A DNA stretch of 64,000 nt. Source: Kiritimatiellia bacterium. Lineage in GTDB: Bacteria > Verrucomicrobiota > Kiritimatiellia > RFP12 > UBA1067. The notes beneath the pieces were generated by a model that saw only the letters and a list, made by a program, of their open reading frames with translations, searched no databases and had not been told where the DNA came from. Positions 1 through 10,181 of this stretch are shown piece by piece. The position numbers were made by a program, and so were the translations under genes. Location: positions 951-64,950 of the forward strand of contig DAOPZC010000018.1 in the NCBI GenBank assembly GCA_035353175.1, read 5' to 3'. Numbering within the stretch: position 1 is the first letter of the stretch; every line of letters begins with the position of its first letter.

Positions 1-12
1 AACAAACGGAAA

Positions 13-768
13 TTGCTGTTGGTCGATGACGATCCGAGCCTGCTCGAGACGCTGGGAGACTTTTTGACGTTCGAAGGGTATGAGGTTTTGTGTTCCACGA
101 GCGGCGAGGACGCGCTGATCAAGATGCGGCCTTTCCAGCCCGACCTGATCATCCTCGACATGGGCATGCCGGGCATGGGCGGGACCGGATTTCTGGACCG
201 GATCACCAATCCGGACGGGCGCACGCTCTATCCCGTGGTGGTGCTGACGGCGCGCGCTTCCATGGCCGAATATTTCGCCGACAAGCAGATCGCCGGTTTC
301 ATCGCCAAACCGTGCGATCCGCCCGACTTGCTGCTAGAGGTGGGCCGCATCCTTTTCGAGACGGCGAATGAGGGGTACCGAGTGACTTCGTCGCAGGTGG
401 CGCGGCGCCTGGTGATCGCCGATGGCGATCCCACGCTGCGGCGGACGCTGGAGTCGGAGTTCGCGCAGGCCGGGTTTCAAGTGGCGGCCGTCGCGACGGG
501 CCCCGAGGCGCTGGAGGCCTGCGTCACGTTCAAGCCCAACGCGATTGTGATGCGTCTGGAACTTGAAGGCATGAGCGCGGACGAGGTCGTCGCCATGCTG
601 AAACGGCTGCCGAACACGCGCGGCGTCGAAGCCGTGGTCTACGGCTTCGACCTGCCGGAGGCGCAACTGGAGCACGTGGCCAATCTCGACATTCCGCAGA
701 CCCACATGTTGAAAGACCTCACGGTCAATACGATCATTGACCGCACCATGGCTGTGACCGGAGCGTAG
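13..768 (+). CDS. Response regulator with tandem receiver domains (second one degenerate); 5' end probably cut by the window edge
   Basis: First REC has LLVDDDPS...ILDMGMPGMGG...LTAR...AKP motifs. The second REC-like module (RRLVIADGDP...) has RLELEG where the phospho-Asp segment is expected. The ORF begins at a non-ATG codon at the window start. Confidence 0.7.
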   Translation: MLLVDDDPSLLETLGDFLTFEGYEVLCSTSGEDALIKMRPFQPDLIILDMGMPGMGGTGFLDRITNPDGRTLYPVVVLTARASMAEYFADKQIAGFIAKPCDPPDLLLEVGRILFETANEGYRVTSSQVARRLVIADGDPTLRRTLESEFAQAGFQVAAVATGPEALEACVTFKPNAIVMRLELEGMSADEVVAMLKRLPNTRGVEAVVYGFDLPEAQLEHVANLDIPQTHMLKDLTVNTIIDRTMAVTGA

Positions 769-808
769 AACGCGCGGTCGGCCGATGCGGGAAAAAGGGG
801 GATCCTCG

Positions 809-1255
809 ATGCGTTGTCCCAAATGCGGCCATCTCGACGACAAGGTCTTAGACAGCCGGGCGGCACGCGAAGGCGCGTCGATCCGCCGGCGTCGGCAGTG
901 TCTGGCCTGCGAGCACCGCTTCACGACCTATGAGGAAATCGTGAAGGACGAGCTTCGGGTGATCAAGCGCGACGGCCGGCGCGAGGAGTTCAGCCGTCTG
1001 AAGCTGGAGCGGGGGCTGATGCGGGCCTGCGAGAAGCGCCCGATCAGCGCGGATCAGATCCACGACCTCGTCGACCAGGTCATCGAGAGTTTCGAGGGCG
1101 AGAGCGAGGTCACCTCTGAACAGATCGGATTGGCGGTGATGACCCGGCTGCACCGCCTCGACGATGTGGCCTACATCCGCTTCGCCTCCGTTTATCGCCG
1201 GTTCGCGGATGTGAACCAGTTCCTCAAGGCGGTCAAGGACATGGTGGAGAAGTAA
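809..1255 (+). CDS. nrdR: Transcriptional repressor NrdR (zinc ribbon + ATP-cone)
   Basis: MRCPKCGHLDDKVLDSR...CLACEHRFTTYE zinc ribbon followed by an ATP-cone (VIKRDGRREEF...). RBS AAGGGGGA lies upstream of the ATG at 809; the track ORF starts earlier at 785. Confidence 0.85.
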   Translation: MRCPKCGHLDDKVLDSRAAREGASIRRRRQCLACEHRFTTYEEIVKDELRVIKRDGRREEFSRLKLERGLMRACEKRPISADQIHDLVDQVIESFEGESEVTSEQIGLAVMTRLHRLDDVAYIRFASVYRRFADVNQFLKAVKDMVEK

Positions 1256-1258
1256 GCC

Positions 1259-1585
1259 GTGCACAAGCTTACCGTCTACGTTCCGGCGTCGCATCTCGAA
1301 TCCGTGAAGGCCGCGCTGTTTGCGGCCGGCGCGGGCCGCTATGCCGGCTATGACCAGTGCAGCTGGCAGGTCCTTGGCCAAGGCCAGTTCCGTCCGCTGG
1401 CGGGGAGCGCCCCGTTCATCGGGCAGACCGGCGTGGTCGAGCAGGTGCCCGAATACCGCGTGGAGATGATCTGTGCCGACGAGGCGGTTGCCGCAGTCGC
1501 GGCCGCGCTGCGCGCCGCGCATCCGTATGAAGAGCCGGCGTTCGATTTTGTCCGAATTGCGCCAGAGTCTGTCGCGAACCGTTAA
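1259..1585 (+). CDS. Small PII-like protein resembling the insert domain of Nif3/YbgI/YqfO family proteins; function unknown
   Basis: KLTVYVPxxHLExV..ALFAAGAG..G.YD.CS....G.G.FRPL.G..PFIG..G..E.V.E.R.E...HPYEEPA.D pattern recalled from the Nif3-family insert; 108 aa, only 4 nt after nrdR. Confidence 0.45.
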   Translation: MHKLTVYVPASHLESVKAALFAAGAGRYAGYDQCSWQVLGQGQFRPLAGSAPFIGQTGVVEQVPEYRVEMICADEAVAAVAAALRAAHPYEEPAFDFVRIAPESVANR

Positions 1586-1652
1586 GGCCGAGGGCCTAAG
1601 GCAGGAAAAAGCGTCTGACGTGTCGTGAACACAGCGAGGAGGACCGATCGTC

Positions 1653-4600
1653 ATGAGGTTCAACCCTTTTTCAAGGCTGGCGGACCGGTCTGCCGCGCAG
1701 ATCATTGTCATGGCCTCGGTCATGTTGCTGTTGGTCTCGGCGGTTGTCTGGAAAACAGCGCGTCATGCCGATCGTGAGATGCGTGATGAGCTGCTGGTGC
1801 AGGCGCGGATGGTCAAACAAGCCGTCGAAGACCAGGACCTCAAGACGCTTGCCGGCTCCAGCGAAGATGTCGATAAACCGGCTTATAAACAGATCCGGGA
1901 CCGGTTCGCCGATCTCAAGGAAACCAACTCCAGGTACCGGTTCCTGTACATCATGGGGCGGAGGGCAAACGGTCAGGTCTTCTTCTATCTGGACTCCGAG
2001 AACGTCAATTCAGAGTTGTATGCGGCGCCTGGCGAGGAGTACGGAGAGATCTCCGCGGAGGATGCCCGTGTGTTCGACACCAAGACGGCCGTCGTGACCG
2101 GCCCATCCTCAGACCGCTGGGGGACCTGGGTCTCGGCGTTGGTGCCGATCATCGATCCGCCGACAGGAGCCGTGGCCGGCGTGTTGGGCATTGACGTTGA
2201 TGCCCATGCTTGGAAATGGGAGGTGGCGGCCCGCACGGCGTTGCCCGTCAGCCTGCTGCTGGCGTTGGTGATTGTTGTGATCGCAGGCCTTTTGGCTTTC
2301 CGCCCCCAATACGATCACGTGGATATCAAGCCGATCCAGCAACGCCTGCTGGTGCCGCTCGCGGCCGTGCTGTTGCTTCTCCCGGTGGGAGCCGGTTCTC
2401 TGCTGGTGATCCAGCATCGCCAAAGTCTGAACCTGGTTTTCCGGACAACACGGGTCCAACTCGAGTCTGACTTGAATGCCGCCATGAACAAACAAGTCGG
2501 GGTCATGAATGCGCTCGGGAATGTCGTGGCGATGGATCCATGCCTGGTGGAGTCGCTCAAATCGCGAGACCGCGAACGCCTGCTGAAAGCGTATGCGCCG
2601 GTGTTCAAGGCGATGAGTACAGATCAATCTCTCGCCCGCTTCGCACTGATTGGCACTGACCGGGTATGCCTGGTGCGTTTCCACCTGCCTGAAAAATACG
2701 GCGATCGGATTGAGCGGCCCACGTTGATTGATGCCGAGCGCAGCGGTGCTCCCGCAACGGGGCTCGAGTTGGAAGAAAAGTCATTTTTGGTCCTGCGGAC
2801 GGTGCGGCCGGTCTATGACGGCCGTACGCTGGTTGGGTATATTGAGATGGGGATGACGTTCGATAAAATCGTTGACGCCTTGGATGTCGATGACGGGGTC
2901 GAGTATGCCGTCGCCATCCGCAAGGAGTATTTGGATCGGACCGCTTGGGAGGAGACGTTGCGGCAGCTCGGACGGCCTGCCATTTGGGACCGCTTCGCCG
3001 CGTCTGCGCTGATTTATGCAACCCTTTCCACCTTTCCCGCCGACATCGCTCAGGCGTTTGGGGCGTGGCGCCCCGCTTCGTCGCGCGACGTGCTCGAGAC
3101 CTCCTCCGGGGACCAGAAATGGGGCGTCATGACGGTCCCGCTGAAGGATGGCCACCATAGCGAGATCGGCAGTCTGATCGCGCTGCTCAACATCACGGAC
3201 GCGAAAACGGTACAGGCCCGGTTGAGGGCGGTCGGACTGGGCGGCGGACTGGTGCTCCTGGTCGGTCTGCTCAGTTTCCTTTACGTGTTGCTGCGCCGCA
3301 CCGATAACAGTATCCGCCGGCAGCAGCTGAAGCTGCAGAAAAGCGAGCAGCGGCTGAGCGCCACCTTGCGCTCGATCGGCGACGGCGTCATCACCACGGA
3401 TGCCGCCGGCCGGATCACGGATCTGAACGCCGTGGCGGAAAGGCTGACCGGCTGGACAACGGCTGAGGCGGAGGGACGTTTCTTGGTGGAGGTCTTCCGC
3501 ATCGTCAACGCGCTGACCCGTGAGGAAATAAGCAACCCCGTTGAGAAGGTGATCCGCGAAGAGACGGTTGTCGAGTTGGCCAACCATTCAATGCTCATTG
3601 CTAAGGACGGCACGGAATATCAGATCGCCGACAGCTGTGCGCCGATCCGCGACGCGAGCCAGAACGTGATCGGCGTCGTGCTCGTCTTCCGGGATGTCAG
3701 CGAGGAATACCGGCGCCGGGCAATCCTGCGCGCCAGCGAAGAACGATACCGCGCCATATTCGAAAAGAACGCGTCCATCCAGTACCTCATGAACGTCTGC
3801 GACGGAAGAATCGTTGACGCGAATCCTGCGGCGTGCGCGTTCTACGGCTATACGCGAGAGCGCATGAAGCAGCTGCACATCTCCGACATCAACACGATGT
3901 GGCAGTCGAAACAGCATGAAATACTGGCGAAGGCGCGCACCGAAGGCTGCCCCCGGTTTGAGTTCCGCCACCGGCTGGCCGATGGCCAGATCCGCGAGGT
4001 CGAATCGTATCTGTGCACCTTGACCATTGATGGGCGGGAATGCCTGTACGCCGTTGTTCACGACATTACAGCGCGTAAACAGACGGAAGCGGAGCTGAAT
4101 AAGGAACAGGTGTTGGTTCGGACACTGATGGAGAACGTCCCTGAGCACATCTATTTCAAGGACGCCGAGAGCCGCTTCGTCATGATCAGCCGGCGGCAAG
4201 CGGAAGCGTTTGGACTTCCCGATCCCGCGTTGGCGGTCGGCAAGACGGACTTCGATTTCTTCACCGAAGAACACGCTCGTCCGGCGTTTGAGGCGGAACA
4301 GGAGATCGTCCGGTCCGGCAAGCCGATCGTGGACCTCGAAGAGAAGGAAACGTGGCCCGATGGCTCTGCCACGTGGGTCTTGACGACCAAGATGCCCCTG
4401 CGTGACAGCGACGGGAACATTATCGGAACGTTCGGCGTTTCGCACGACATCACGGCGCGCAAGCGCATCGAGCAGGAGCTGCGCGAGAACGAAGGCCGGC
4501 TACGGGCGCTCACCGACGCGGCGCAAGACGCAATCCTGATGATGGATGCCGATGGGCGGATTTCCTTCTGGAACCCGGCGGCGGAGCGCATCTTCGGCTA

Positions 4601-6929
4601 TGCGCAGGACGAGGTGATCGGCCGCGACCTGCACGAGCTGGTCGCGCCGCAGCGTTACCGTCCGGCCTATCAGGCCGGGATGGCAAGGTTCCAGAAAACC
4701 GGTGAGGGGGCTGCCGTCAACACGACGATCGAGCTGCAGGCTCTCCGCAAGACGGGCGAAGAATTGCCGGTTGAGCTGTCGCTCTCCGCCCTGCACCTCG
4801 AGGGGCGCTGGCAGGCGGTGGGCATCATTCGCGACATCACCGAACACAAGCGGGACCAGGAAGAGCTGATCGAAACCAACCGGCAACTCAACGAGGCGAT
4901 GTCCCGCGCCAATGAGATGGCGGAGCAGGCGCGGCAGGCCAGCACCGCCAAGTCCGATTTCTTGGCCAATATGAGCCACGAGATCCGGACGCCCATGAAC
5001 GGCGTGATCGGCATGACCGGCTTGCTGCTCGACACCGAGTTGACGGACGAGCAGCGGCGCTATGCCGAAACCGTGCGGACAAGCGCCGAATCCCTCCTCG
5101 GCCTCATCAACGACATCTTGGACTTCTCCAAGATCGAGGCGGGCAAGATGAGTTTGGAGATTTTGGATTTCGATCTTCAGGATCTCGTCGAGGACCTGGC
5201 CGCGACCATGGCGTTGCGGGCGCAGGACAAGGGGCTGGAACTGCTGTACAGCATCGCCACCGAGGTGCCGACGCAGTTGCGCGGCGATCCCGGCAGGCTG
5301 CGCCAGATTCTCACGAACCTCGTGAGCAACGCCATCAAGTTCACCCAGGCCGGTGAGGTGGCGATCCGCGTGATGTTGGAATCTGAAAGGATGGACTCCG
5401 TCCTGCTCCGGTTCTCGGTGCGCGATACCGGCATCGGCATTCCGGAGGAGAAGATCGGTCTGCTCTTCGAGAAATTCATGCAGGCAGACACTTCGACCAC
5501 GCGCAAGTATGGCGGAACCGGGCTGGGACTGGCCATCTGCAAGCAGTTGGCGGAGCTCATGGACGGCGAGGTGAGTGTCGTCAGTGAAGAGGGCAAGGGG
5601 TCGGAATTTTCGGTGACGGCGCGCTTCGGGAAGCAGGCCGAAGGGGCGCAGCCCGTTGTGCCGGTGTCGGCTGATCTTCGCCATGTCCGCATTTTGGTCG
5701 TCGACGACAATGCGACCAGCCGGGAAATTCTGACCACCTATATGACGTCTTGGGGGATGCGGCCTGCCGAAACCTCGAACGGGCCTTCGGCGATCCAAAT
5801 GCTCCTCCGGGCGGTGGGAATGGGCGACCCCTTCCAGTTGGCGGTTCTGGACATGCAGATGCCGGTGATGGACGGGGAGATGCTCGGCCAGGCGATCAAG
5901 GCGGATGCTCGGATCGCCGGAACCCGTCTCGTGATGCTCACATCGTTGGGGATGAGGGACAATGCCGCTCATTTCCAGCTGATCGGCTTCGAGGCCTGCC
6001 TCACCAAGCCGGCGCGCCATCAGGAGTTGAAGCGCGCGCTGTCGCTGGCTCTGATGGACAAGGCTACGAAGGTTCCGCAGTCGGCCACCAAGCGTCAGGG
6101 CACCAAGGATTTGCAGGCGCAGTTTGCCGATATCAAGGCCCGTATTCTGTTGGCGGAGGATAATATCACCAACCAGCAGGTGGCGTTGGGTATCCTCAAG
6201 AAACTGGGCTTGCGCGCCGATGCGGTCGCCAACGGCGCTGAAGCCATCAAAGAGTTGGGGACCGTCCCCTATGACCTGGTTCTCATGGATGTGCAGATGC
6301 CGGTGTTGGACGGACTGGAGGCCACGCGGCAGATTCGCGCTGTGCATGCACCGGTGCTCAATCGGGACATCCCCATTGTCGCCATGACCGCACACGCCAT
6401 GCAGGGCGACCAGGAAAAGTGCCTGGCCGCCGGCATGAACGACTATGTTTCTAAACCGGTGACGCCGCAGGCATTGGCCCGGGTGCTCGAAAGGTGGCTC
6501 CGAAAGAAAGAACACGCGAACACGGGCACGGCCGGAAACGTCCGCCAGTCGGCCGCCGAACCGTTGCCGTCGGTTTGGGATCTCGCCGGATTGATGGAGC
6601 GCGTGATGGATGACAAGGATTTGGCGCAACAGGTGCTGGCCGGTTTTCCGGAGGATGTCGGACAACGGTTGCTGGCGTTGAAAGCCTGTTTCGACGCGGG
6701 CAACCTCGCCGGCGTCGAACGGCAGGCGCATGCCATCAACGGCGCCGCGGGCATCATCGGGGGCGAAGCCCTGCGTGCGGAGGCTTCCGCCATGGAGAAG
6801 GCGGCGCGGACTGGCGATCGGGCCGGCGCTGCCGCACGGTACCCGGAATTGATTCGGCGCTTTGAAGGACTGAAAGAAGCGCTCGAATCCCAACTGAAGA
6901 CGTGGAGGGGCGACTCATGCGTGTCCTGA
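1653..6929 (+). CDS. Hybrid sensor histidine kinase (two predicted periplasmic sensor domains, multiple PAS, HisKA-HATPase, two REC, Hpt)
   Basis: Four hydrophobic helices in the first ~550 aa. Repeated PAS-like segments follow. H-box [15 protein letters not shown]; G-boxes DTGIGI / [13 protein letters not shown]. Two receiver domains (VVDDN..., LLAEDN... with MDVQMP). C-terminal Hpt-like helix bundle ([17 protein letters not shown]). RBS GAGGAGGA upstream. Confidence 0.9.
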   Translation: MRFNPFSRLADRSAAQIIVMASVMLLLVSAVVWKTARHADREMRDELLVQARMVKQAVEDQDLKTLAGSSEDVDKPAYKQIRDRFADLKETNSRYRFLYIMGRRANGQVFFYLDSENVNSELYAAPGEEYGEISAEDARVFDTKTAVVTGPSSDRWGTWVSALVPIIDPPTGAVAGVLGIDVDAHAWKWEVAARTALPVSLLLALVIVVIAGLLAFRPQYDHVDIKPIQQRLLVPLAAVLLLLPVGAGSLLVIQHRQSLNLVFRTTRVQLESDLNAAMNKQVGVMNALGNVVAMDPCLVESLKSRDRERLLKAYAPVFKAMSTDQSLARFALIGTDRVCLVRFHLPEKYGDRIERPTLIDAERSGAPATGLELEEKSFLVLRTVRPVYDGRTLVGYIEMGMTFDKIVDALDVDDGVEYAVAIRKEYLDRTAWEETLRQLGRPAIWDRFAASALIYATLSTFPADIAQAFGAWRPASSRDVLETSSGDQKWGVMTVPLKDGHHSEIGSLIALLNITDAKTVQARLRAVGLGGGLVLLVGLLSFLYVLLRRTDNSIRRQQLKLQKSEQRLSATLRSIGDGVITTDAAGRITDLNAVAERLTGWTTAEAEGRFLVEVFRIVNALTREEISNPVEKVIREETVVELANHSMLIAKDGTEYQIADSCAPIRDASQNVIGVVLVFRDVSEEYRRRAILRASEERYRAIFEKNASIQYLMNVCDGRIVDANPAACAFYGYTRERMKQLHISDINTMWQSKQHEILAKARTEGCPRFEFRHRLADGQIREVESYLCTLTIDGRECLYAVVHDITARKQTEAELNKEQVLVRTLMENVPEHIYFKDAESRFVMISRRQAEAFGLPDPALAVGKTDFDFFTEEHARPAFEAEQEIVRSGKPIVDLEEKETWPDGSATWVLTTKMPLRDSDGNIIGTFGVSHDITARKRIEQELRENEGRLRALTDAAQDAILMMDADGRISFWNPAAERIFGYAQDEVIGRDLHELVAPQRYRPAYQAGMARFQKTGEGAAVNTTIELQALRKTGEELPVELSLSALHLEGRWQAVGIIRDITEHKRDQEELIETNRQLNEAMSRANEMAEQARQASTAKSDFLANMSHEIRTPMNGVIGMTGLLLDTELTDEQRRYAETVRTSAESLLGLINDILDFSKIEAGKMSLEILDFDLQDLVEDLAATMALRAQDKGLELLYSIATEVPTQLRGDPGRLRQILTNLVSNAIKFTQAGEVAIRVMLESERMDSVLLRFSVRDTGIGIPEEKIGLLFEKFMQADTSTTRKYGGTGLGLAICKQLAELMDGEVSVVSEEGKGSEFSVTARFGKQAEGAQPVVPVSADLRHVRILVVDDNATSREILTTYMTSWGMRPAETSNGPSAIQMLLRAVGMGDPFQLAVLDMQMPVMDGEMLGQAIKADARIAGTRLVMLTSLGMRDNAAHFQLIGFEACLTKPARHQELKRALSLALMDKATKVPQSATKRQGTKDLQAQFADIKARILLAEDNITNQQVALGILKKLGLRADAVANGAEAIKELGTVPYDLVLMDVQMPVLDGLEATRQIRAVHAPVLNRDIPIVAMTAHAMQGDQEKCLAAGMNDYVSKPVTPQALARVLERWLRKKEHANTGTAGNVRQSAAEPLPSVWDLAGLMERVMDDKDLAQQVLAGFPEDVGQRLLALKACFDAGNLAGVERQAHAINGAAGIIGGEALRAEASAMEKAARTGDRAGAAARYPELIRRFEGLKEALESQLKTWRGDSCVS

Positions 6930-7525
6930 TTGCGGAAGACGATCCGACTTCCCGGCTGATGCTGACGGCGGTACTCAAGAAGTGCGGATATGAAGCGGTC
7001 TCCGCCTCCAACGGTCTGGAGGCTTGGGAGGCCTTGCAACAAAGCGATGCGCCTCGGTTGGCCATCTTGGATTGGATGATGCCCGAGATGGACGGGCTGG
7101 AGGTCGTGCGCCGGGTCCGCGCGGAGAAGGCCGGGCTGCAGCCTTATGTGCTCATGCTGACCACCAAGGGCGAGAAAGAGGATGTCGTGGCCGGGCTTGA
7201 GGCCGGTGCCGACGACTACCTGACGAAGCCGTTCCATCCGGCGGAATTGCGGGCCAGGGTCGACGTGGGCCGGCGTCTGCTCGAAACGCAGGATCAGCTG
7301 GCCCGGCAGGTCTGCGAATTGCGCCAGGCGTTAGACGACATCAAGACCTTGCAGGGTATTCTGCCCATCTGCATGCATTGCAAGAAAATCAGGAATGACA
7401 AAGGGTATTGGGAGCAGGTCGAGGGGTATATCAGTCACCATTCAGAAGCGCTGTTCACGCATAGCATCTGTCCCGAGTGCATGCAAAAACATTACCCGGA
7501 GCCCTCGTCTGCTCCGGAGTGGTGA
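6917..7525 (+). CDS. Response regulator: REC domain plus C-terminal Cys/His zinc-ribbon-like motif
   Basis: RVLIAEDDP...ILDWMMPEMDG...LTTKG...TKP receiver. C-terminus is LPICMHCKKIRNDKGYWEQVEGYISHHSEALFTHSICPECM (CxxC...H..H...CxxC). GGAGGGG RBS upstream of the ATG at 6917; the track ORF starts at 6902, overlapping the kinase stop. Confidence 0.8.
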   Translation: MRVLIAEDDPTSRLMLTAVLKKCGYEAVSASNGLEAWEALQQSDAPRLAILDWMMPEMDGLEVVRRVRAEKAGLQPYVLMLTTKGEKEDVVAGLEAGADDYLTKPFHPAELRARVDVGRRLLETQDQLARQVCELRQALDDIKTLQGILPICMHCKKIRNDKGYWEQVEGYISHHSEALFTHSICPECMQKHYPEPSSAPEW

Positions 7526-7712
7526 CCGTAACGTCGGGCGGGGGCCGTGGACGATCCCGCCCGGACGCGTAAGCGGCGAATCGGCATCCGTCCCATTTGG
7601 CTTTTAAGTGCCGCCGCTTATCGGTAGACTTGCCGGCGGAAAGATGGGCTGGGAGAAAAGGACACGGTAAACGGCTGCGGGTTGAAACGGGCATAACAAA
7701 AGGGGGGGGCGG

Positions 7713-9155
7713 ATGAAGGGGATGGCGCTTGTTGTTTTCGCGGTTTTCGCGGTTTCGGTTATTGATGCGGGAGCGGCCGGCTCAAATGACATTTTTCGCG
7801 CGGGAGCGGCGAAAGGCAATATCACGCCTCCATTGGGGGCCCCGATCATCGGCGGTTTCCATCCGTTTCCGGCGACGCATGTGCACGACGACCTGTTCGC
7901 CAAGTGTCTCGTGCTGGACAATGGCAAGACGCGCGCCGCGTTTGTCGTGTGCGATCTGCTCGGTCTTTCGCGCGGCGTGAGCGATGAGGCGCGGCGGCTG
8001 GTCCAAGAGGAGACCGGCTTGTCCGCCGGCAATGTGCTCGTCTCCGCGACGCACACCCACTCGGCGATCAGCGCGCTGGGTGGGCGGTATAATCTCACGC
8101 CCGAGCTGGACGACTACCAGAAATTCGTGGCGCGACGCATCGCCGACACGGTGCGCTGCGCGATCAACAACCTGGAGCCCGCTCGCATCGGCTGGACTAC
8201 CGCGTCGGTGCCGCAGCACGTCTTCTGCCGTCGCTGGTTTCTGAAGCCCGGCACCATGCCGGTGAATCCGTTCGGCAGCACGAATGACCTGGTGAAAATG
8301 AACCCGGCGCGGGCCAGCGCGAATCTGGACCGGCCCGCCGGCCCGACTGATCCCCAGATCTGCCTGGTCGCCGTGAAAGCGCTCGACGGCCGTCCGCTCG
8401 CGCTCCTCTCGAACTATTCGCTGCACTACGTCGGCGGTGTGCGCGGCGCAGACATCTCGGCGGATTACTACGGCATGTACAGCGACCGTATCCAGCAGCT
8501 GCTGGGCGCGGACCGTCAGGATCCGCCTTTCGTCGCCCTGATGAGCAACGGCACGAGCGGCAACATCAACAACATCGATTTCACCAAGCCGGGCGAGAAA
8601 CTGCCTCCGTATGCCCGGATGAGAACGGTCGCCGACGATGTGGCGCAGGCGGTCCACGCGGCGTATCAGCGTATCCTGTGGCGCGACACGGTCCCGCTCG
8701 CCGTGGCGTTCGAAGAGATCGATCTCGCCTTCCGCCATCCGACGCCAGAGCAGTGCGAACGCGCCAAAGGCGTGCTCGCCAAGCTCGCGCCCGGCGTCAA
8801 ACCGAACACGCTTGAGGAGATCTACGCCGCGCGCACGCTGGAGGTCACTACCGCGCCGGAGCGCTGGCATTTCGCGCTGCAGGCCTTCCGTGTCGGTGAA
8901 GTCGGTATTGCCACCTTGCCGAACGAGGTCTTTAGCGAAATCGGCTTGGAGATCAAAGCCCGCAGCCCATTTAAGCCGACGTTCGTGGTTTCGCTGGCGC
9001 ACGGGTATTTTGGCTACCTTCCGACGCCGGAACAGCACAAACTGGGCGGATATGAGACGTGGCTCGGCACCAGCCGGCTCGAAATCGAAGCGGCGCCGAA
9101 AATGGGCGATGCGTTGGTGCGCATGTTGAAACAGCTGGATGCGCCGGCACCATGA
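7713..9155 (+). CDS. Neutral/alkaline (non-lysosomal) ceramidase family protein, secreted
   Basis: N-terminal signal peptide. GNITPPLG, HVHDDLFAKC and ATHTHS motifs are characteristic of the neutral ceramidase N-terminal domain. Poly-G RBS. Confidence 0.7.
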   Translation: MKGMALVVFAVFAVSVIDAGAAGSNDIFRAGAAKGNITPPLGAPIIGGFHPFPATHVHDDLFAKCLVLDNGKTRAAFVVCDLLGLSRGVSDEARRLVQEETGLSAGNVLVSATHTHSAISALGGRYNLTPELDDYQKFVARRIADTVRCAINNLEPARIGWTTASVPQHVFCRRWFLKPGTMPVNPFGSTNDLVKMNPARASANLDRPAGPTDPQICLVAVKALDGRPLALLSNYSLHYVGGVRGADISADYYGMYSDRIQQLLGADRQDPPFVALMSNGTSGNINNIDFTKPGEKLPPYARMRTVADDVAQAVHAAYQRILWRDTVPLAVAFEEIDLAFRHPTPEQCERAKGVLAKLAPGVKPNTLEEIYAARTLEVTTAPERWHFALQAFRVGEVGIATLPNEVFSEIGLEIKARSPFKPTFVVSLAHGYFGYLPTPEQHKLGGYETWLGTSRLEIEAAPKMGDALVRMLKQLDAPAP

Positions 9156-9166
9156 AAGGAGCGGAG

Positions 9167-10078
9167 ATGAGCGTGGTAAAACGGATGGCGGGCCTGTCGC
9201 GCCGCGGTTTTCTCGCGGCGGCAGGAGGTGCCATTGCGGGGTGTTGCGCAGGAAACGGGGCCGCAGGCAAGAGGCGCGGGCCGCTGGTTACGTTCGGGAT
9301 GGTCACGGACTTGCATTCCGCCGACTTGGATCCCAACGCCGGCCGGCATTACCGCGAATCGATCGCGAAGCTGGACGCGTGCGTGTCGGACATGAACCGG
9401 CGCGGCGTCGATTTCCTGATCGAATTGGGCGACTTCAAAGACCTGGGCGCGACCGCCGACGCGACGGTCGCGAATCTGCACGCCGTCGAAACGGCCTTCC
9501 GGAAGTTCAACGGGCCGCGGTATCATGTGCTGGGGAATCACGACATGGACCGGATCTCGAAGGCGCAGGCGCTCGCGGCGATTGAGAACACGGGCATTCC
9601 TCGCGACCGATCGTATTATTCGTACGACGTGAAAGGTGCCCATTTCATCGTCCTGGACGCGACGTTCCGCCCGGACGGCACGCCTTACGATTCCGGGAAT
9701 TTCAAGTGGACCGAGGCGTTTGTGCCCCCGGCGGAACTGGCTTGGCTGGAGCGCGACCTCAAGAAAACGCGGCTGCCGTCCATCGTCTTCATTCACCAGT
9801 TGCTTGACGGCGACCAAGAAGTGTATGACGTGAAGAATGCGGCGGCGGTGCGACGCGTTCTCGAACAGAGCGGGCGCGTCCACGCCGTTTTTCAGGGACA
9901 CTATCACGAGGGCAAGTATGCGAACGTCCGGGGAATCCACTACTACACGCTCAAAGCGATGGTGGTGGGCTCCGGCCCGCAGAACAACGCGTACGCCACC
10001 GCCGACGTGTATCCGGACGGCAGTGTGAAGGTCACCGGGTTTCAGCGCGCGGAGTCGCGGGTGTTCGCCGTGGGGTGA
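9167..10078 (+). CDS. Calcineurin-like metallophosphoesterase with twin-arginine signal
   Basis: SRRGFLAAAGG TAT motif. GMVTDLHS, ELGDFKD and VLGNHD metallophosphoesterase motifs. Start set at the ATG preceded by AAAGGAG; the track ORF starts earlier at 9059 and overlaps the upstream gene. Confidence 0.75.
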   Translation: MSVVKRMAGLSRRGFLAAAGGAIAGCCAGNGAAGKRRGPLVTFGMVTDLHSADLDPNAGRHYRESIAKLDACVSDMNRRGVDFLIELGDFKDLGATADATVANLHAVETAFRKFNGPRYHVLGNHDMDRISKAQALAAIENTGIPRDRSYYSYDVKGAHFIVLDATFRPDGTPYDSGNFKWTEAFVPPAELAWLERDLKKTRLPSIVFIHQLLDGDQEVYDVKNAAAVRRVLEQSGRVHAVFQGHYHEGKYANVRGIHYYTLKAMVVGSGPQNNAYATADVYPDGSVKVTGFQRAESRVFAVG

Positions 10079-10181
10079 CGCGCAAAAGGAGGAGACTGCT
10101 CGCATCCGCGCCGGGGCCGTCGCGGTCTGCCTGTATGAGATCCGTGTCGCACATCAACAGAAAGCTTAGCTGATATCACGC

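Noticed and set aside
4500-6893. 797-aa minus-strand ORF antisense to the hybrid histidine kinase (also 2781..3587 and 3588..4445)
   Set aside because: Arg/Pro/Gly-rich with no domain motifs. The plus-strand frame carries unambiguous HisKA/HATPase/REC/Hpt motifs. Long antisense ORFs are expected at this GC content.
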